A stretch of 64,000 nucleotides of DNA from the human T2T-CHM13v2.0 reference genome, Homo sapiens. Below the pieces are notes generated by a model that made no database searches, was not told the origin of the DNA, and saw nothing but the letters and a program-made list of their open reading frames with translations. Below, one piece after another: positions 61,650 to 64,000 of this stretch (position 1 is its first letter; each line of letters opens with the position of its first letter). A program made the translations under genes and the position numbers. The stretch lies in assembly GCF_009914755.1 (NCBI RefSeq), contig NC_060944.1; one strand, written 5' to 3'.

Positions 61650-62570
61650 AAAATGATGCAGCAGTAGTTTCATGCCCAGGGGGTCTACGAGTCCTGCTGC
61701 ATTCAACACCAAGAGGAAGCTGCCAGCCTGATCAATGAGTTATATCACCTGCTCAAGGCAAAGCCAATGTGCGGGCTGAGAGATAAACATCTTACCAGGA
61801 TGAGGCTGTTTTCCAGAATATGGCACACAGCCTAAGTCAATGACCCTTATATGGTACTGTGTCCCCACTAGATGAAATAAATAGATTTTGGGACCAAGGG
61901 CTGAATATAGAAGTAGCCTCACATATCATCACTTCCAGTGATTTGTTTAGAAATACGTGCTTCTCATGTCTTCAAACCTAGTTTCCGTGGGTGTAGACAT
62001 TCTGCTACCCAGAAGGGGAACACTTCCACCAGAGGATGTAAGTATATCATTAAACTTTATAGCTGTGAATGCCAACTGTGGGCTCCTCATGTCAAGAGAC
62101 CAGCAAGCAAGGACTGGAGTCACCATTTTGGAAAGCATCAATTAACCCTGATCATCATGAACAGACAGGGCTGCTGGTAAGCAGTGAGGGCCGGGAGGAA
62201 TGTGTGCTGCATCCACTGAGTGCCTCTAGGCGTTCCCTTGCCCAGTTGTAATGGTAAATGGACAAGCATAGCAGCCACAGTCACAGAAGGGCATGGAGAC
62301 CAGAGGCTCAGACTCCTCAGGGACAAAGATCTGGGTCACCCCAACAAGGAAGTTTCCTAGACCAGGACAGGTACTGGCTGAGTCTGAGGGAAATCTAGAA
62401 TGAAGAATGGGGGAAGGAAAAGATGAGTATCAGCTTCAGTCCTAAGTTAGCTACATTACTAGGAGCTATAGTTCATCCCACTAACTTTCCTCTTGTAAGT
62501 TTCCCCAGGAAAAAACATTGAGAAACATGGAAGGCTGAATTTACATGCAGCAAGCAGAACTGAGAGGCAC
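61650..62570 (+). mobile_element. ERVL/MaLR internal relic
   Basis: GAAGCTGCCAGCCTGAT; TTCCACCAGAGGA; CCCTGATCATCA..GGGCTGCTG resemble MLT-int integrase/dUTPase-region relics. Confidence 0.5.
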
Positions 62571-62861
62571 AAACCCCATTCTATAGAGGACGCTAGGACA
62601 CTACCCAGATTCCTGCTTCAGGACGGGTGCATGCACTGCATGGGTGGACTGCATTTTGCCTCCTTAGGACTTACTTTTGGGTCCCTCTCCAGAAACAGCT
62701 CTTAGCTGATGGCAGCTGCCTGGCCCAAGCTTCAGCCCCTCTTTGAGGACAATGTACATCCAATGATCACTCACTGCAAGGGTACAACGTGAAAGGCTGC
62801 TGGACTACAAATCTAAGCATATTCCTTTGAGACAGTATCAATGCACTGAGATATACAGAAG

Positions 62862-63960
62862 CTCATTCATTTAGCAAATATTAAGCATAGACTACGGGTC
62901 TAAACTATTTCAGGAGCTTGATATATATCAGTGAACTAAACACAAGAATTCCTGCCCTTCTGGAGTTTACATTCTAGTGGGAAGAGATATAGTAAACAAT
63001 ATACATAATAAAGTAAATTATGGCCGGCGCAGTGGTTCACGCCTGTAATCCCAGCACTTTGGGAGGCCAAGGCAGGTGGATTACTTGAGGTCAGAAGTTC
63101 GAGACCAGCCTGGCCAACATGGTGAAACCTTGTCTCTACTAAAAATACAAAAATTAGCCGGCTGTGGTGGGCGGGCACCTGTAATTCCAGCTACTCAGGA
63201 GGCTGAGGCATGAGAGTCACTCAAACCTAGGAGGCAGAGGTTGCAGTGAGCCAAGACCACACCCACTTGTACTCCAGCCTGGGTGACAGTGAGACTCCAT
63301 CTCAAAAAAAAAAAGAAAAGAAAGAAAGTAAATTATATGGTATGCTATGAAAAGAAAAAGAGCACAGATAAGAAAGATGAGGGGCACTGAGGAATGGTGG
63401 ATGGCTGCAACTTTAAAATGGGTTGTCCAGGTAGATCTCTTTGAGAAGATGACTTGAAGGAGGAAGCATGCAATTATGTGGGAGGAAAGAATACCAGCAG
63501 AGGGAACCAGTAATGCAGGGGTGGTAAAACGGGCTCAGACCTGGCATGTTTGAGGGACAGCAAGGAGACCAGTGTAGCTGGAGGGAGGGAGTGACAGGAA
63601 GTACAGAAGGAGAGAAGGTCAAGAGGGAAGGGTGGTGGGGCAGAGAGGAGGGGCAGACTACACGTGGCCTTGAAGGCCATTGTGTAAAGATCTTGACTTT
63701 TACTCTGAAGAATATGGGCAGCTATTGAAAGATTTTGATCAGACTAATATGATCACTTCTATGTTGAGAGGACTATTCTCCCTGTCAGGAGACTCCGGCA
63801 ATAATTCAAGTAAGAGATGATGTGGCTCAAGTCAGGGGGTGGCAGTGGAGGTGATGAGAAGATCCTAGATACATTTTAAAGGTGAAGGCAACCTGATTCC
63901 CTGATGTATTGACAAGGGTGTGATAAAAATACAGGACTCATGGATCACTCCAAGGTATAA
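62862..63960 (-). mobile_element. L2 with nested AluSx (63022-63324, +)
   Basis: CATTCATTTAGCAAATATT..CCTGCCCTTCTGGAGTTTACATTCTAGTGGG; Alu TSD AAAGTAAATTAT. Confidence 0.85.
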
Positions 63961-64000
63961 CCATTTATGTAGCATCTAGCTAGTGTAAGTGGATGGGTTT

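Overview
Primate, human-like genomic DNA that is intergenic or deep intronic. I find no supportable protein-coding exon, RNA gene or CRISPR array; the listed ORFs are repeat-derived or chance frames. Much of the window is interspersed repeat: about 20 Alus (J, S, Y, monomers), L1 fragments including a shattered old L1M at about 38-51 kb, L2/MIR, many ERVL/MaLR LTRs, a HERV-H solo LTR7 with a clean TSD, and DNA transposon relics including a 2-kb hAT-Charlie with transposase motifs. The most unusual structure is an inverted repeat with about 1.35-kb arms (44134-45486 / 45950-47305), about 97% identical by hand alignment, with a 279-bp perfect tract. Its 463-bp spacer is flipped relative to the host L1. 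Nearby are other template-switch scars: a 130-bp inverted copy with a 15-bp triplication, a perfect fold-back hairpin fused to a 50-bp templated insertion, and a micro-inversion. Candidate regulatory sequence includes a strong CTCF motif at 28415 and TAAT-rich unique islands near 0.2, 8.5, 25 and 54.3 kb. I see no evidence for a new gene-based system and cannot identify the locus. Repeat family names come from remembered consensus sequences and need RepeatMasker/Dfam confirmation.
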